This document shows, piece after piece, positions 31,868 through 41,988 of a stretch of DNA of 64,000 nucleotides. Origin of the DNA: Geopsychrobacteraceae bacterium (GTDB lineage Bacteria > Desulfobacterota > Desulfuromonadia > Desulfuromonadales > Geopsychrobacteraceae); contig CAXXTB010000002.1 of the NCBI GenBank assembly GCA_963676795.2, positions 1,952,001-2,016,000 on the forward strand, in the 5' to 3' direction. The notes under the pieces are model-generated. The model saw only the letters and a program-made list of their open reading frames with translations. It was not told the origin of the DNA and ran no database searches. Positions within the stretch are counted from its first letter, which is position 1; every line of letters begins with the position of its first letter. The translations under genes were made by a program, and so were the position numbers.

Positions 31868-33376
31868 GTGACTGAACATGCTTTTTCCTATTTCTTCATG
31901 GCCTGGACCAACTGGCAGCTGCTCCTGCTGACCGCGGGCGGCACCTTCGCCGGCATCTATATCGGCGCCATTCCGGGACTCTCGGTGACCATGGCGGTGT
32001 CGATCCTGATCTCCTTCACCTTCTCCTGGGATATCAATGCGGCGTTAGCGCTGATGGTCGGCGTCTTCATGGGAGGGGTCTACGGCGGTTCACGCTCGGC
32101 GATCCTGCTCAACATCCCCGGCGCACCGGCGTCGATCTCGACCAGCTTCGACGGCTTTCCGCTGGCTCAGCGCGGTGAGGCGGGGCAGGCGATCGGCATC
32201 AGCACCATCATCTCCGGGATCGGCGGCTTCATCGGCATCGCCGTTCTCGCGGCTGCCGCACCGACGGTCGCCGAGTTCGCTCTCAAGTTCGCCCCGCGCG
32301 ACTACCTGCTCCTGGCCCTGATGGGGCTGCTGCTGGTCGGTTCGCTCTCCGGCGAATCGATGGCCAAGGGGATCTTCGCTGGCGCCCTGGGGGTCACCCT
32401 GGGGATGGTCGGCATGGATCCGATGACCGCTGAGGGGCGCTTTACCTTCGGCACCATTTCCCTGCTCGGCGGCATCCACTTCGTCATCGCCATGATCGGC
32501 CTGTTCGGCGTCGCCGAAGCGCTGTTTCAGCTGCACACCATCAAGTTGAAACCGGTCAAGCAGGATGTCAGCAAGATCGTGCCCTCCTGGAAGGTCATTC
32601 TCAAGTATCTGCCGCTGTCGATCCGTACCTCGCTGATCGGTGTCATCATCGGCGCCCTGCCGGGAACCGGCGGCGATATCGCCTCGCTGATGGCCTACGA
32701 TCACGCCAAGCGTACGGTCAAGAACCCGTCGCGCCCCTTTGGCGAAGGCGCCTACGAGGGGCTGATCGCCCCGGAATCGGCCAACAACGCGGCGGTTGGC
32801 GGCTCCTATATCCCGATGCTGACCTTAGGGATTCCGGGCGATGCGGTCACCGCGGTGTTCATCGGTGCGCTGTTCATTCACGGCCTCAAGCCGGGACCGA
32901 TGATGATGGTCGACACCCCGCACATGTTCTGGTTCATGGTCGGCAACCTGGTGCTGGCCAACATCTTCATGGTCGCCTTCGGCCTGACCGGGATCCGCAT
33001 CTTTGCCAAGCTGGTCGAGATCAAGAAAGGGATCCTCATTCCCTGCATCATCGTCCTGTCGGTGGTCGGAACCTACTCGATCAACAACAGCATGACCGAC
33101 GTCTACTGGATGCTCGCCTTCGGCATCTTCGGCTACCTGTTCAAGATGTTCGGTTATCAGGTCGCACCGATCATCCTCGGCATCATCCTGGGGCCGCTGA
33201 TGGACAGCTCCTACCGTCAGTCGATCATGTCGACCCAGAACAACTTCGGACTGTTCCTCTGGGATCTGGTCAGCAACCCGATCACCTGCGTACTGACCAT
33301 CATCGTCCTGTTCATGATTCTCAGCAACACCAGACTCTGGCCAATGATTAAAGGAGTGCTTTTCAAACAAAAGTGA
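31868..33376 (+). CDS. Tripartite tricarboxylate transporter permease (TctA-like)
   Basis: GAIPGLS, YGGS, NIPGAP, PESANNA, LTLGIPG. Confidence 0.93.
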   Translation: MTEHAFSYFFMAWTNWQLLLLTAGGTFAGIYIGAIPGLSVTMAVSILISFTFSWDINAALALMVGVFMGGVYGGSRSAILLNIPGAPASISTSFDGFPLAQRGEAGQAIGISTIISGIGGFIGIAVLAAAAPTVAEFALKFAPRDYLLLALMGLLLVGSLSGESMAKGIFAGALGVTLGMVGMDPMTAEGRFTFGTISLLGGIHFVIAMIGLFGVAEALFQLHTIKLKPVKQDVSKIVPSWKVILKYLPLSIRTSLIGVIIGALPGTGGDIASLMAYDHAKRTVKNPSRPFGEGAYEGLIAPESANNAAVGGSYIPMLTLGIPGDAVTAVFIGALFIHGLKPGPMMMVDTPHMFWFMVGNLVLANIFMVAFGLTGIRIFAKLVEIKKGILIPCIIVLSVVGTYSINNSMTDVYWMLAFGIFGYLFKMFGYQVAPIILGIILGPLMDSSYRQSIMSTQNNFGLFLWDLVSNPITCVLTIIVLFMILSNTRLWPMIKGVLFKQK

Positions 33377-33465
33377 TTACTCTCTGCAATACCGTGGATA
33401 GGGATTGTTGTGCACAGTCCGCCGTCCTATCTATTGAAATGGCGTATCTTTTAGTAGTATTTAGA

Positions 33466-33524
33466 TTGACACATTAGCAATAAATTCTTATTCTAACTAT
33501 CGGAATCATTCCTTGCTGATAGGT
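33466..33524 (+). promoter_or_regulatory. Putative sigma70 promoter with tandem imperfect palindromes
   Basis: TTGACA-N17-TATTCT; ATTCT-N7-GGAAT (33490-33506) and TCCT-N7-AGGT (33510-33524). Confidence 0.55.
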
Positions 33525-33607
33525 CAACATTTAAGAAGATTCGAAATATAGATAAACTTGAGATCGGTCCCTACAGATCCAAACAAGAGGTAAAAAGGAG
33601 CTGACAC

Positions 33608-35041
33608 ATGGCAAAAGCAGCAAAAGCTTTAACTGAAGAAGAAAAACAGAAAGTTGACGAACTTTTCGTTCGCGCCCGTGCCGCGCAGGCCCAGATAGAA
33701 AATGTCGATCAGGAGACGATCGACCGTGCCGTTCGCGCTGTCGCCTGGGCCGCGGCCAACGAAAAGACCTTTACCCGTCTCGCTCAGATGGGCGTCGATG
33801 AAAGTGGCCTCGGCGACCGCGCCGGCCGCCCTTACAAGCGGGCCAAGATCATCGGCATCCTGCGTGACTGCCTGCGTCAGAAAAGTGTTGGCGTTATCGA
33901 AGAGATTCCAGAAAAAGGGATCACCAAATACGGCAAACCGGTCGGCGTTGTCGCCTGTCTGATTCCAACCACCAACCCGGCCCTGACTCCGCCAACCAAC
34001 GGCCTGTACTCCTTGAAGGCCCGTAACGCAACGATCTTCGCTCCGCATCCACGCAGCAAACAGACCACCTTCGAAACCATCGCCGTCATGCGTGCTGCAC
34101 TGAAGAAGGTCGGCTTGCCGGAAGATCTGTTCCTGTGCATCGACAAACCAAGCATCCCCTCTTCCCAGTACCTGATGAGCCAGGCGGACCTGTCGATCGC
34201 TACCGGTGGCCCGGCCATGGTCAAATCTGCTTACAGCTCCGGCAAACCGGCTTACGGTGTCGGTGCCGGCAACGCGACCATGTGTTTCGATGAAACCACG
34301 GCACAGGATGTCAAAACGGCCGCTATGAACGTGCGCCTGAGCAAAACAGCGGACTACGGTTCCGGCTGCAGCGCGGACGGCAACCTGATGATTCATGACA
34401 GCGTTTACGCTGAGATGCTCAAATGCCTGCAGGCTGAAGGCGGTTACCTGTGCAACGCCGAAGAAAAAGACAAGCTGACCAAGGTGCTGTGGGACGACGA
34501 GCTGCACCGGACCATCGATACCATCGCCTGCTCAGCCCAGTCGATCGCCGAAAAAGCCGGTTTCAGTATTCCTGAAGATCGCTGCATGCTGCTCTGTGAA
34601 GAGGACAACATCGGGCCGGAATACCCCTGGTGTAAGGAAAAGATGGCACCGATCATCGGCATCTTTAAGTACAGCGGCAGCTATGACAAAGCCATCGAGC
34701 GGCTGCAAGAGATCTACAAGGTCGGCGGCCGTGGCCATTCCTGCGGCATCTACAGCTTCAGCGACGAAAATATCCACATGCACGCCATGGCGATGCCGGT
34801 CAGCCGGGTTATGGTGCGCCAGCCTCAATCCAAGGCCAACTCCGGCTCCCTGACCAACGGTATGCCGATGACCTCAAGTATGGGCTGCGGCACCTGGGGG
34901 GGCAATATCACCAACGAGAACGTTCACCTCAAGCACTATATGAACGTCACCTGGGTCAGCCGACCGATTCCGGAGGATCGCCCGAGTGATGAAGAATTGT
35001 TCGGTGAGTTTTACAACGATCAGTCACTTGTCTTCGAATGA
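33608..35041 (+). CDS. CoA-acylating aldehyde dehydrogenase (SauS/AdhE N-domain-like)
   Basis: PVGVV..IPTTNP, ATGGPAMV, GVGAGN, catalytic GCSAD, EKMAP, GCGTWGGN. Confidence 0.88.
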   Translation: MAKAAKALTEEEKQKVDELFVRARAAQAQIENVDQETIDRAVRAVAWAAANEKTFTRLAQMGVDESGLGDRAGRPYKRAKIIGILRDCLRQKSVGVIEEIPEKGITKYGKPVGVVACLIPTTNPALTPPTNGLYSLKARNATIFAPHPRSKQTTFETIAVMRAALKKVGLPEDLFLCIDKPSIPSSQYLMSQADLSIATGGPAMVKSAYSSGKPAYGVGAGNATMCFDETTAQDVKTAAMNVRLSKTADYGSGCSADGNLMIHDSVYAEMLKCLQAEGGYLCNAEEKDKLTKVLWDDELHRTIDTIACSAQSIAEKAGFSIPEDRCMLLCEEDNIGPEYPWCKEKMAPIIGIFKYSGSYDKAIERLQEIYKVGGRGHSCGIYSFSDENIHMHAMAMPVSRVMVRQPQSKANSGSLTNGMPMTSSMGCGTWGGNITNENVHLKHYMNVTWVSRPIPEDRPSDEELFGEFYNDQSLVFE

Positions 35042-35166
35042 CACAACGGGTCCCGGTTCACTCGCACGGGCCGGGGCCCGCTGAAGTAAAAGCAGAGGCA
35101 GCCATGTTTGAAATCTCTGACTATCAACTAAAGCAAGGGCAACAACCTCGAGATGGAGGTACGCCA

Positions 35167-36012
35167 ATGAAACAGGAATTTTCCCTGGCTCATCTGACCG
35201 TTCTTGAGTGTTCACCAGCCGAGATGGTCCACATTGCCGCAAAAACCGGCTATGACTATGTCAGTATCAGACTGATCCCTCTGGGGATTCCGGGTGAAAA
35301 GGCATTTCTGCCACAGGACAAACAGATGGTCAGGGAGATGAAGAACGCGCTGAACGAGACAGGTGTTCAGTTTCTCGATCTCGAACTGGCCCGTATCTTA
35401 CCGGACAATTCTCCCCGGGACTATCTGCCGGCGATGGAACTGGCCGCCGAGCTTGGCGCCAGACATGTGATTTCCAGTGCCTGGACCAATGTTCGCGATG
35501 ACAGAAATTTTGTCATCGAGCGTTACGCCGAGATCTGTGAGCTGGCCCGCCCCTTCGGCATGACCGTCGAACTTGAATTCCCGACCTTCTCCAGACTGGA
35601 GAATCTTCAGGAAGCGACAGATATCGTGCGCAGCGCCAATGCAACCAACTGCGGCATCCTCCTCGACACCCTCTACCTGCATTTCACCGGCTGTCCCGCT
35701 GAGGAGATCAGAAACATCCCCCCTGAATGGATCCACTTCCTGCATATCTGCGACACGGTTCCGGAAGTTCCGGAGACCCGTGAAGGGAAAATCCATATTG
35801 CCAGGGACGACAGGCGCTATATCGGTGAGGGCTGCATCGATTTTCAGAAAATTTTCAGCGCTGTTCCGGCTGTGCCCTTCTCGATCGAACTGCCCAATCT
35901 GGAGCAGGTCAAACGCCACGGCTATGAAGAGCATGCCAGACGCTGCATCGAGTCGGCCAGAACCTATCTCGACACACACCCGGTTCAGCCCTCACAGCGA
36001 ATAAACGCCTGA
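35167..36012 (+). CDS. Sugar phosphate isomerase/epimerase family TIM-barrel protein
   Basis: GGAGGT RBS; LEF, LDTLYLH, HICD, GEGCIDF, SIE metal-site pattern. Confidence 0.82.
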   Translation: MKQEFSLAHLTVLECSPAEMVHIAAKTGYDYVSIRLIPLGIPGEKAFLPQDKQMVREMKNALNETGVQFLDLELARILPDNSPRDYLPAMELAAELGARHVISSAWTNVRDDRNFVIERYAEICELARPFGMTVELEFPTFSRLENLQEATDIVRSANATNCGILLDTLYLHFTGCPAEEIRNIPPEWIHFLHICDTVPEVPETREGKIHIARDDRRYIGEGCIDFQKIFSAVPAVPFSIELPNLEQVKRHGYEEHARRCIESARTYLDTHPVQPSQRINA

Positions 36013-36132
36013 AAGGGAGATCTGCGGCAGAACCTGTTATAGTTTGAAGCTGAGCAGGCTGTTATCCGCTAAACGACATCAACAATAAGGCCGCATAGCA
36101 CCGGCCGCCAAGATACAGTTCAGGAGGTAAGC

Positions 36133-37881
36133 GTGAAGGACCTGGTAGCTCATCAGTTAGTCAAATATCTGGAAGACAGAGGTGTCGAATATATCTTCGG
36201 CCTCTGCGGCCATACCAATATCGCTGTTCTGTCGGCCCTGGAGAAGAGCAAGATTCATTTCGTCAATACCCGCCATGAGCAGATCGCGGCTCATGCCGCC
36301 GACGGTTACGCCCGCGCCAAGAAGACAACCTCTGTCGTCCTCAGCCACCTTGGCCCGGGGATGTCGAATGCGGCCACCGGCATCGCCAACGCTGCCCTCG
36401 ACTGTATTCCGATGGTTGTCATCATCGGCGATGTTCCATCACACTACTACGGCAAGCACCCCCATCAGGAAGTGAACCTGCATGCCGACGGCAGCCAGAG
36501 CGAAATGTACCGCCCGTTCTGCAAGCGCGTATGGAGGGTTGAAAGCCCGGAACTGTTCCCGGAAATCATCGAAAAGGCCTTCCAACTCGCTGAAAGCGGT
36601 CAGCCCGGCCCTGTCGCCGTCGATGTGCCGATGGACATCTTTTCCAAAGAGGTCGATGTCGAACGCTTCGAGCGAGTCAAAAAGAATACCCGCTCCTTGA
36701 GCAAACCGTCACTCGACGTCGAGGTTGCCAAAGAGATCGTCACCAAACTTGTCGAAGCCAAGAAACCGTTGATCTATGTCGGCGGGGGGATTGTTCTGGC
36801 CGATGCCGCGGAAGAACTGAAAGCCTTTGTCGACCACACCAGCATCCCGGTCGCCCACAGTTTGATGGGCAAAGGCGCTCTGCCCGACGATCATCCCTTC
36901 ACCCTCGGCATGAGTGGCTTCTGGGGCACTCAGTATATCAACGATTCCTGCCGGACCGCCGATTACATCCTCGGCCTCGGCACCCGCTTCAAAGAAGCTG
37001 ACTGCAGTTCCTGGTATCCGGAGTTCACCTTCGACATCCCCGGCACCTCAAAACTGATCCACATCGACATCGAAAGCAGCGAAATCGGCCGTAACTATCC
37101 GGTCGAAATCGGCGCGGTTGCCGATCTGAAGCAGGCGCTCAAGGTTCTGACCAGAGTCGCCAAAGAGCTCTATCCGGAAGGGATCAAAAAGCCTGCGTTG
37201 GCAAAAGAAATTGCCGTCTACCGAACCGAATTCAAGAGCCGGAATACCGCCATGGAACAGAGCGACAAGTACCCGATGATGCCGGAACGGATACTTGCCG
37301 ATGTCCGTGCCGTTCTGCCGCGCGATGCGATCATCACCACCGATGTCGGCTGGAACAAGAACGGTGTCGGCCAGCAATTTCCGATCTATACCCCCGGCAG
37401 CATCCAGATTCCCGGCGGCTATGCGACCATGGGCTTTGGCGCTCCGGCTGCCCTCGGTGCCAAGCTGGCCTGCCCGGACAAGGTGGTTGTCGCCCTGATC
37501 GGCGACGGTGGCTTCGGCCAGAACCCGGCGCTGCTGGCAACAGCGGCCTACGAAAATATTGCGGCGATCTGGATCGTCATGAACAACAACGCCTACGGAA
37601 CCATCGCCGGCCTGCAAAAAGCTCATTACAATACGACGCACGGGACAATTTTCCCCCAGGTCACTGACTTTGCCGCTATCGCCAAGGCCTACGGCGTTGA
37701 GGGAGTCAGTATCCAGTCGGCTGATGAATTCAAACCGGCACTGGAAAAAGCGATCGCCGCAGGCAAACCGGTGGTTATCGATGTCCGGATGATCAACAAC
37801 CCGGTGCCGACGACCGGCCACTGGAACATCCTCGACATCTACTCGCCGGGCAAAAAGGTTTCGCACGTCAGTACAGATTGA
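36133..37881 (+). CDS. Thiamine diphosphate-dependent enzyme (acetolactate synthase-like fold), substrate unknown
   Basis: RHEQ..AHAADGYAR, GPG, TMGFG, GDGGF...NN. Confidence 0.9.
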   Translation: MKDLVAHQLVKYLEDRGVEYIFGLCGHTNIAVLSALEKSKIHFVNTRHEQIAAHAADGYARAKKTTSVVLSHLGPGMSNAATGIANAALDCIPMVVIIGDVPSHYYGKHPHQEVNLHADGSQSEMYRPFCKRVWRVESPELFPEIIEKAFQLAESGQPGPVAVDVPMDIFSKEVDVERFERVKKNTRSLSKPSLDVEVAKEIVTKLVEAKKPLIYVGGGIVLADAAEELKAFVDHTSIPVAHSLMGKGALPDDHPFTLGMSGFWGTQYINDSCRTADYILGLGTRFKEADCSSWYPEFTFDIPGTSKLIHIDIESSEIGRNYPVEIGAVADLKQALKVLTRVAKELYPEGIKKPALAKEIAVYRTEFKSRNTAMEQSDKYPMMPERILADVRAVLPRDAIITTDVGWNKNGVGQQFPIYTPGSIQIPGGYATMGFGAPAALGAKLACPDKVVVALIGDGGFGQNPALLATAAYENIAAIWIVMNNNAYGTIAGLQKAHYNTTHGTIFPQVTDFAAIAKAYGVEGVSIQSADEFKPALEKAIAAGKPVVIDVRMINNPVPTTGHWNILDIYSPGKKVSHVSTD

Positions 37882-37904
37882 TTGATTCACCCCTATCATT
37901 CATC

Positions 37905-37936
37905 AAGGCCTCACGCGTGAGTGTGAGGCCTTTTTT
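37905..37936 (+). terminator. Intrinsic terminator
   Basis: AAGGCCTCACGC-gtga-GTGTGAGGCCTTTTTT after the ThDP gene. Confidence 0.8.
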
Positions 37937-38104
37937 GCCGATAGCCCAGGCATCTCAGCAGCTGCCCCCTCCCCTGGTTTCTCACCTGGAACAAATGAGA
38001 CATAGTTACTGCATCTACGTAATGTTGGTGTTATAATCACGCGAATCAAAATACAGCTGATCTCTCAGCAAAAATCTGGACCTACAAAGTATCACGGATA
38101 ATCC

Positions 38105-39055
38105 ATGTCTTCCACAACGGACAACAACAGATTGCCGGTAACGGCCTATATACTCCTGGCTTTCACCAACCTGTTCTGGAGTCTCAACTTCATTATCGGC
38201 AAACTTGTCGCCGGAGCAATTCCACCTGCGACGATCAGTTTTTTTCGCTGGCTCTTCCCGGCGATTTTCTTTCTCTGCCTCAACTGGAAACAGGTCAAGC
38301 AGGACTGGCCTCTGGTTCAACAGCATATCCCCCTGATCGGCCTGCTCGGCCTGACGGGCTATGCACTGAACTCCGTAAGTGTCTACGAAGCGGTCAGCTA
38401 TACGACAACGATCAACACTGCTTTCATCAATGCCTTCAATCCGGTCCTCATCGCCTTTGCCGGCTACCTGATGTACCGCTACCCGCTCACCCTGCGCCAA
38501 GCTCTCGGCTTTTTCCTGTCGCTGATCGGTGTTGTTACTATAATTTTCAAAGGTCAGCTGCAAAGTATCCTGGGCTTGCAGATCAACATCGGGGATCTGT
38601 TCATGGTTGGCAGTATCTCTTCCTGGGCGGTTCACACTATTTTGTACAAAAAGAAGGCCCATAAGCTCCCGGCCCGGGTCATGTTTACCATGATGATGTG
38701 CGCTGGTGTCGTTATTTCACTGCCGCTCGGATTGGCAGAAAATGTTTTTCTGACCGGCTTCGACTGGGTCGCCAGGGTCCAACCTCGCCATATTTTAGGC
38801 ATATTCGCCCTCAACATCTTTCCGTCAGTGCTGGCCTATCAGTTCTGGAATCATGCCCTGACCAAGGTCTCGGCCAATGAAGTGGCCATTTCCCAGTACC
38901 TGATTCCGGTCTTTACGACACTGATCTCGGTCTTTTTTCTCGACGAAAGACTGCGTGACTTCCACCTGATTGGTGGCGCTCTTATTTTTTTCGGGGTTTT
39001 CCTGGTCACTTCGGCCTATAAATCAACCAAACCCCGCACCACAAATCCAGGATAA
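38105..39055 (+). CDS. DMT/EamA family transporter
   Basis: About 10 TM helices, two EamA repeats (FWSLNF, LIPVF...LDERL). Confidence 0.88.
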   Translation: MSSTTDNNRLPVTAYILLAFTNLFWSLNFIIGKLVAGAIPPATISFFRWLFPAIFFLCLNWKQVKQDWPLVQQHIPLIGLLGLTGYALNSVSVYEAVSYTTTINTAFINAFNPVLIAFAGYLMYRYPLTLRQALGFFLSLIGVVTIIFKGQLQSILGLQINIGDLFMVGSISSWAVHTILYKKKAHKLPARVMFTMMMCAGVVISLPLGLAENVFLTGFDWVARVQPRHILGIFALNIFPSVLAYQFWNHALTKVSANEVAISQYLIPVFTTLISVFFLDERLRDFHLIGGALIFFGVFLVTSAYKSTKPRTTNPG

Positions 39056-39059
39056 CAGC

Positions 39060-39965
39060 ATGTCTGACATCATCAATAACAGTGGGCCATTGATCATGGT
39101 CTTCGTCATCGGCCACCTGCTTTACCGTATCGGGTTCCTGACCCGGGAAAATGCCGACCTGTTCCTCAAGGTCTTCTTCTACATTGCCCTGCCGGCCGTT
39201 ATTCTTCTGTCGATACCGCGAATTCCGCTGACCCACGAACTGCTCTATTTCCCGCTGTTCGCCATTATCATGTTTGTTATCAACCTGACCCTGGCGACAT
39301 TCAGCAAAGGCTTCTTCCGCCTGGAGCCGAAAACCCTGGGCGTTTTTCTCATCGGCTCAATCATTTTCAACGGTTCCTTTGCTTACCCCTTCATCCTGGT
39401 CTCCTACGGGGAAAAGGCCATGGCCTATGTCTATCTTTTTGATTTCGGCAATGCGCTCATCACCTTTTCGGTCGCCCACTTTCTCGCCTCCAGATACGGC
39501 CAATCCGATCAGGCACGCAGGATGATTTCACTGAAATTTATGAAATCTCCGCCGATGATCTGCCTGGTCATCGCAATCATTCTCAATCTGGCCGGCCTGC
39601 AAATCCCGACCTTCGGGATCAAAACCTTGAGAATTTTCAGCGATCTGCTCACCCCGCTGGTCATGTTGTCACTGGGAATCTACTTCAATCCGCGCATCGT
39701 CAAGGCAGGGCCACTGGCAACTGTCCTTGGTATCCAGTTTGTCGGCGGCCTGATCATTGGCTATCTGATCGTCTACTTTTTCGGACTCGAAGGAATCGGC
39801 CGGGCGGTTGTGCAGATCCTGGCGATCTGCCCCATTGCGATGAACACCCTGGCCTATGCATCGATGGAGAACCTGGACAAGGAATTTGCCGCCAGCGCCG
39901 TCTCCTGTTCGACCATCATCAGTATGATCCTGATTCCGACAATGATATATTTTCTACACTCGTGA
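39060..39965 (+). CDS. AEC (auxin efflux carrier) family transporter
   Basis: YIALPA, NGSFAYP, SPP, multi-TM; ATG 39060 just after the DMT stop. Confidence 0.82.
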   Translation: MSDIINNSGPLIMVFVIGHLLYRIGFLTRENADLFLKVFFYIALPAVILLSIPRIPLTHELLYFPLFAIIMFVINLTLATFSKGFFRLEPKTLGVFLIGSIIFNGSFAYPFILVSYGEKAMAYVYLFDFGNALITFSVAHFLASRYGQSDQARRMISLKFMKSPPMICLVIAIILNLAGLQIPTFGIKTLRIFSDLLTPLVMLSLGIYFNPRIVKAGPLATVLGIQFVGGLIIGYLIVYFFGLEGIGRAVVQILAICPIAMNTLAYASMENLDKEFAASAVSCSTIISMILIPTMIYFLHS

Positions 39966-40002
39966 CAGAAGACGCCTGACAGATTGAACCAGGATTTGTG
40001 AT

Positions 40003-40929
40003 ATGCAGACATTACTGACCGTAACACCGATTTTTATTTTGATCATTCTCGGCTTTATCGCCGCGCGCATCAAACTGCTCCCGGAAGACGCCCAGGGACC
40101 ACTCAACCGCCTGGTCTATTACTTTGCCATTCCAGCCTTCCTGTTCAATGCCGTTTCAAATTTCCCGCTGGCCAAGGGGTTCAATGCCAAACTGCTGATC
40201 GCGACTCTGGGAGCCGCTTTCACCTTTTATCTGCTCGGCTGGATCCTGTGCAAACTGGGCAAGGTTTCGTTCACCAAGGCGGGTGTTTTTGTTCAGGGCA
40301 GCTGTCACGGCAACCTGGGCTATATCGGCCTGCCGGTGGCATTCTATTTTCTCGGCGAAGCGGGTCTGGCCAAGGCAGGGATCATTGCCGGTTTTCTGAT
40401 GATCCTGCAGAACATCATGTCGGTAACGATCCTGCAGTCGTTCACTGCCGAACAGGGCGGGCGAAAAAAGTTCGCCGTCGTCTTCAAGCTGATGCAGAAC
40501 CCTGTCATCATCTCCTGCATGCTCGGGATCATTGCATCCGGCCTTGAACTGCCGATCCCCGATGTCGTCAACCGGACCCTGAAGATGCTCGGCCAACTGG
40601 CACCACCGGCTGCGCTGCTGCTGATCGGTGCATCCATGTCGTTCGAGAAGCTCAAAACCCAGTTTCTGCCGATTCTCGGTGTGGTCACAACCAAGCTCGT
40701 CCTGCTCCCCTGCTACGGATTGCTACTGATCAGCTTGCTGAAACTTGAGATCAACGAAAGCCTGCCGGCAATCATTCTGCTTGGAACCCCGACAGCCACT
40801 GTCGCCTATGTTCTGGCACGCCAGATGAAAGCCGATGCAGAAATGGCGGTTGCAATCATCTCAACCTCAACCCTACTGTCGGTTGTGACCTTGCCGATCC
40901 TGCTGAGTTACCTGATACACGGATTTTGA
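40003..40929 (+). CDS. AEC family transporter
   Basis: YFAIPA, GNLGYIGLP, NPVI, PTA motifs. Confidence 0.88.
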   Translation: MQTLLTVTPIFILIILGFIAARIKLLPEDAQGPLNRLVYYFAIPAFLFNAVSNFPLAKGFNAKLLIATLGAAFTFYLLGWILCKLGKVSFTKAGVFVQGSCHGNLGYIGLPVAFYFLGEAGLAKAGIIAGFLMILQNIMSVTILQSFTAEQGGRKKFAVVFKLMQNPVIISCMLGIIASGLELPIPDVVNRTLKMLGQLAPPAALLLIGASMSFEKLKTQFLPILGVVTTKLVLLPCYGLLLISLLKLEINESLPAIILLGTPTATVAYVLARQMKADAEMAVAIISTSTLLSVVTLPILLSYLIHGF

Positions 40930-41140
40930 CGGTACAACATCGGCGAGAAGAGACAATTAATACTTATCAATAGGATATTTAAACCTATCTATCCTATATG
41001 ATAGTTTTCTATTGACATCCAAATCGACCTTTTTTAAAAATGAAGCTGCTGGTTTAACGAACAAAACATGACTTGGTAAAATCTCTGATCAGCGTACAGG
41101 TATGAGAAAAAGCTTAACAATCATTTCTCAAAGGGGATTT

Positions 41141-41908
41141 ATGATGAATAGGGTTCAGGTAAAGAATGTTGTCTTTGGTGAAGGTGTTCCAAAAATCTGT
41201 GTCCCGATTGTTGCCCAGACCAAAAAGGCGATAATTGAAGAAGCAGAAAGTTTCAAGGATATCCCAGTCGACGTCGTCGAATGGCGTGCAGACTGGTTTG
41301 AAGGACTCAGGGATACCAGCAAGGTTATTGATGTGCTCAATGATTTGGTTCCGGCCCTGAATGGGGTTCCACTGCTGTTTACCATCAGAACCTCCAACGA
41401 GGGGGGCGAAATAGAAATTTCCCCGGACGATTACCAGCAGATTAACCGCGAAATTGCCGCCAGCGGACTGGTTGACCTGATCGATGTTGAAATATTTATC
41501 GGTGACACAACCGTTCGGGCTGTTATCAAAGAGGCACACGCCAATGGTGTCAAGGTTGTCGGTTCCAACCACGATTTTCATAAGACACCGGCTAAGGATG
41601 ATATCATCTATCGGCTGCGCAAGATGCAGGATATGGGGGCAGACATCCCCAAGATTGCCGTAATGCCCCAGTCGGCACTGGATGTCCTCTCTCTGCTCGA
41701 AGCAACAACTATTATGAAGGAACAGTACGCCGACCGGCCGATCATCACCATGTCGATGTCGGGAACCGGTGTCATCAGTCGTCTGGCCTGTGAAATCTTC
41801 GGATCCTGCCTGACCTTTGGCGCGGCAAAGAAAGCCTCCGCGCCCGGACAGATCGGTGTCAACGATCTGCATGGGGTACTGGAGCTGATCCATAAGAGTT
41901 CGAATTGA
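41141..41908 (+). CDS. aroD: Type I 3-dehydroquinate dehydratase
   Basis: EWRAD, FTIRT..EGG, SNHDF, PKIAVMP (Schiff-base Lys), SAPGQ. Confidence 0.95.
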   Translation: MMNRVQVKNVVFGEGVPKICVPIVAQTKKAIIEEAESFKDIPVDVVEWRADWFEGLRDTSKVIDVLNDLVPALNGVPLLFTIRTSNEGGEIEISPDDYQQINREIAASGLVDLIDVEIFIGDTTVRAVIKEAHANGVKVVGSNHDFHKTPAKDDIIYRLRKMQDMGADIPKIAVMPQSALDVLSLLEATTIMKEQYADRPIITMSMSGTGVISRLACEIFGSCLTFGAAKKASAPGQIGVNDLHGVLELIHKSSN

Positions 41909-41988
41909 TATTGCCGGTTTTATAAATCTATCAGGCCGGAAATTTCTTCCGGCCTTGCAATTTGCGCGTCCGACAGGACACAGCAGGC

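Noticed and set aside
35038..35166. N-terminal extension of the TIM-barrel protein given by the ORF track (similar extensions at 3764, 12349, 38970, 41102, 61054)
   Set aside because: Downstream ATGs have better SD sequences or coincide with domain starts
33608..37881. Taurine/sulfoacetate pathway (SauS plus Xsc) or ilvB
   Set aside because: The ThDP enzyme N-terminus (FGLCGHTNIA) does not match Xsc or AHAS as I recall them, and there is no pta, sulfite exporter or ilvN; kept only as an alternative hypothesis
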